Below, one piece after another: positions 62,308 to 64,000 of a DNA stretch of 64,000 bases. Under the pieces are notes generated by a model. The model saw only the letters and a list, made by a program, of their open reading frames with translations, had not been told where the DNA came from and did not search any database. Source of the DNA: Azolla caroliniana (taxonomy: Eukaryota > Plantae > Polypodiophyta); NCBI GenBank assembly GCA_043228905.1, contig JBHGNT010000015.1, positions 3,720,001 through 3,784,000 of the forward strand, read 5' to 3'. Position 1 is the first letter of the stretch, and the number at the start of each line of letters is the position of its first letter. The position numbers were made by a program, and so were the translations under genes.

Positions 62308-63957
62308 TTACCACCCACATTGCTTTGGGCAGACAGCAGCTTTATGTCCAGGATAGCCGCAAATAAAACATGATGGGATGCTCCTGCACATTTTTTTAAT
62401 TTGAATCAGCTTATGTAACTTCTTCATAGTAAGAGAGTTTGCAACAGATCCTTTATGGCATTAATGCAGTGTATGTACCTTTGAAATTGTCCATCAATGC
62501 CCCGATATACAACACTAATGCCCTGGTATCCAACATTACCGCCTGGATATCCTCCGTAACCATTTCCATTACTGCCCTGATCTCTGATACCGGATCGTGG
62601 TTCCTCTCTTCTATATGGACCCCTATTTCCAGATGTAACTGACCGTCCATATTGTCCTCCCATTCTACCTCCCTGTACTGCAAATCTTCCATAACTATCC
62701 CATGGATCTTCATCATGTTGAAGTTTTGATAGCTGCATTGAACCAAAAGAAAATCAAATTGTCCCTTGTCATTTGGATGGTTTATGATGCCAACTCAGTA
62801 AAAACTCTGCAATCACTTACAACAGTATTTTCCTTAAGACTAGCCTTCACAAATTTGAACTAGTTACTAGATCATTTAATTGAGTATAATCCACCCATTT
62901 GAAATTATTTATCCTGGCATGATAATATATTAAATAATCTTTGTTCCATTAATTTTGTGTGGTGATTCTGAGAAAGAAATGATTCATATTGGCTCTAGCA
63001 CAGGCACTTTGCAAGAACTGAAAGACCTATTGTACCCTGTCTCTAAGTAAGCATACTTTTGAAAGTAGTCCACCCTTCAATAGGAACATGTGATAGGATC
63101 TAACATTAATTTATGAGAATCTAGACTAGGCATATATGACATCAAATTCACGAAATGAAATCTAGAAGAGACTGTAGGCTCCAACGAGTTTACAAATGCC
63201 TAGAAAAAGACTGTATGAGACAAATCATTAAAAGAGACTAGAAGAGAAAGCCTATATCACACAAGTTTAATCTCTCACCTGTTCCTGTGTAGCAAGAGAC
63301 TTGGATGAAGGTGGCTGTATGAATCCACTTATATAAGCGATTGCAGCTGCAAGTGCATGAGCTCCCTGTTCCTGCAACAGCATTTCAGCCATCGGAAGAA
63401 AAGCAGATCTCAATTCAGGATGTACTCTGTTCAATGCTTCTTGGGCTTGCTCCGATGATGCCCTGAGAAAATCATGTGGACTTGGAGCCTTTATAAGCTC
63501 AAACTTACAACCAATATCCCTTTCAATCATTTTCACTGTTCTTAGCTGAGAATCTGTATACATCAGTATTGTTATCCCATCTTTACCGGCCCGCCCTGTT
63601 CTACCAGAGCGATGCACAAATGTCTCTGAATCATTTGGAATCTCAAAGTGGATAACCTGTCACAAACAAGCACAAGGAAATGAGCAGCTATTACCTATAC
63701 TGAAGCATTAGAAAACAAAGAATATTCCTTACAAGGTCAACATTTGCAACATCGAGCCCACGTGCAGCTACATCGGTTGCAACTAAGACAGAAAACATCC
63801 CATTTCGAAATGCAGCTAGAGTCTTCTCCCTCTGAACTTGAGTAATACCGCCATGCAACGCTTTTGCTCCCAGCATTCGATTCAAGGATAGTGATACCTC
63901 GTCAGCATCTTTTTTGGTTCGTGTAAAAACTATAGTTTTCCTGCCTTTACCGTATAC
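62308..63957 (-). CDS. 3' part of an RH3-like DEAD-box RNA helicase with G/R-rich tail and CCHC zinc knuckle; the gene continues beyond the window
   Basis: Exons 63957-63733 ([42 protein letters not shown]), 63656-63279 ([24 protein letters not shown]...[13 protein letters not shown]), 62732-62479 ([19 protein letters not shown]-rich) and 62383-62308 ([15 protein letters not shown], a CX2CX4HX4C knuckle). Confidence 0.92.
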
Positions 63958-64000
63958 CTGCATCAAAAGTCCTATTATAGTATTCTCTCAATCATAGAAC

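Noticed and set aside
62424-62478. ORF-track C-terminus [17 protein letters not shown] of the helicase
   Set aside because: Intron read-through. The AG|gtacat donor at 62479 splices in phase to the zinc-knuckle exon at 62383.
1-64000. Functional gene cluster or operon-like system among the nine genes
   Set aside because: Their functions (chromatin, kinase, RNA editing, sphingolipid control, RNA helicase) are unrelated and the arrangement is ordinary for a gene-rich plant region.

Overview
This is eukaryotic, intron-rich, AT-rich land-plant nuclear DNA. The very long intronless PLS-class PPR genes and overall gene style suggest a fern such as Ceratopteris, which is an inference. Nine protein-coding genes can be reconstructed by hand from GT-AG splice sites: an ARID4-like ARID/PHD protein (+, 1691-7943), a NIMA-related kinase (+, 16113-20831), two PLS-E PPR genes (26850-30452 + and 43724-46771 -), a small conserved 95-aa unknown protein (+, 32668-35238), ORM/ORMDL (+, 39176-41170), a DUF1005 protein (+, 50623-52366), a multi-exon uncharacterised plant protein (-, about 54518-58879, start unresolved), and the 3' part of an RH3-like DEAD-box helicase (-, 62308 to beyond the window end). 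Intergenic and intronic DNA holds Copia and LINE relics, a probable solo LTR, a Mutator-type MITE with a 9-bp target-site duplication, a roughly 500-bp foldback element, many local tandem duplications and telobox-containing repeats. The most unusual candidates are a decayed SF2 helicase resembling viral origin-binding proteins (about 48.5-49.4 kb), an RH3 paralogue that appears to have lost its GUCT domain, and decayed antisense exons behind the NEK gene. No rRNA, tRNA or CRISPR array was seen. No complete novel multi-gene system can be demonstrated from the sequence alone.
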